A stretch of DNA of 35,517 nucleotides from Bigelowiella natans CCMP2755. Taxonomy: Eukaryota; Protista; Cercozoa. Under the pieces are notes generated by a model, which was not told the origin of the DNA, ran no database searches, and saw only the letters and a list, made by a program, of their open reading frames with translations. A program made the translations under genes and the position numbers. Positions 35,391 to 35,517 of this stretch are shown here, in pieces (position 1 is the stretch's first letter; every line of letters begins with the position of its first letter). The stretch is from contig ADNK01002422.1 of the NCBI GenBank assembly GCA_000320545.1, positions 1-35,517 on the forward strand. Reading direction: 5' to 3'.

Positions 35391-35517
35391 GTAATAAGTT
35401 ACACCACTCTGTATGGTGATTGGTGATGATGATGAAGACGTGAGACGACATGGATAGATAGATTTTTGGGGAGGGCGGGGGGGGGGGGGGGAGGGGGGGA
35501 AATAAAGGTAAAAGGTT

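Overview
Eukaryotic nuclear DNA with many short GT-AG introns and microsatellites. It is most likely from a chlorarachniophyte alga (inferred from a histone H2B with a signal-peptide presequence and a PPR protein with a bipartite leader). Genes read by hand splicing, in order: the 3' end of a tail-anchored protein (+); an intronless ankyrin-repeat gene (-); a 5-exon H2B with a targeting presequence (-); a 12.8-kb gene of about 75 exons (-); an uncharacterised Lys-rich nuclear protein (-); a ~3-kb single-exon tyrosine-kinase/17xLRR ORF (+); MIP18/FAM96B (-); and a PPR protein running off the window (+). Two results stand out. (1) The giant gene encodes a cell-surface polyprotein: signal peptide, Reeler domain, Cys module, TM, an INTERNAL second signal peptide, a His1-brace LPMO-like domain, PAN/CBM/F-lectin-like modules, two Met/His heme-type DOMON domains, TM and an SH3-ligand tail. 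This would be a membrane-tethered copper enzyme carrying its own cytochrome. (2) Intergenic islands have lost nearly every TpA dinucleotide except in CTAG while keeping CpG, which suggests a targeted TA->TG/CA hypermutation process unlike RIP or 5mCpG decay. All domain calls come from motif recognition, not from database searches.
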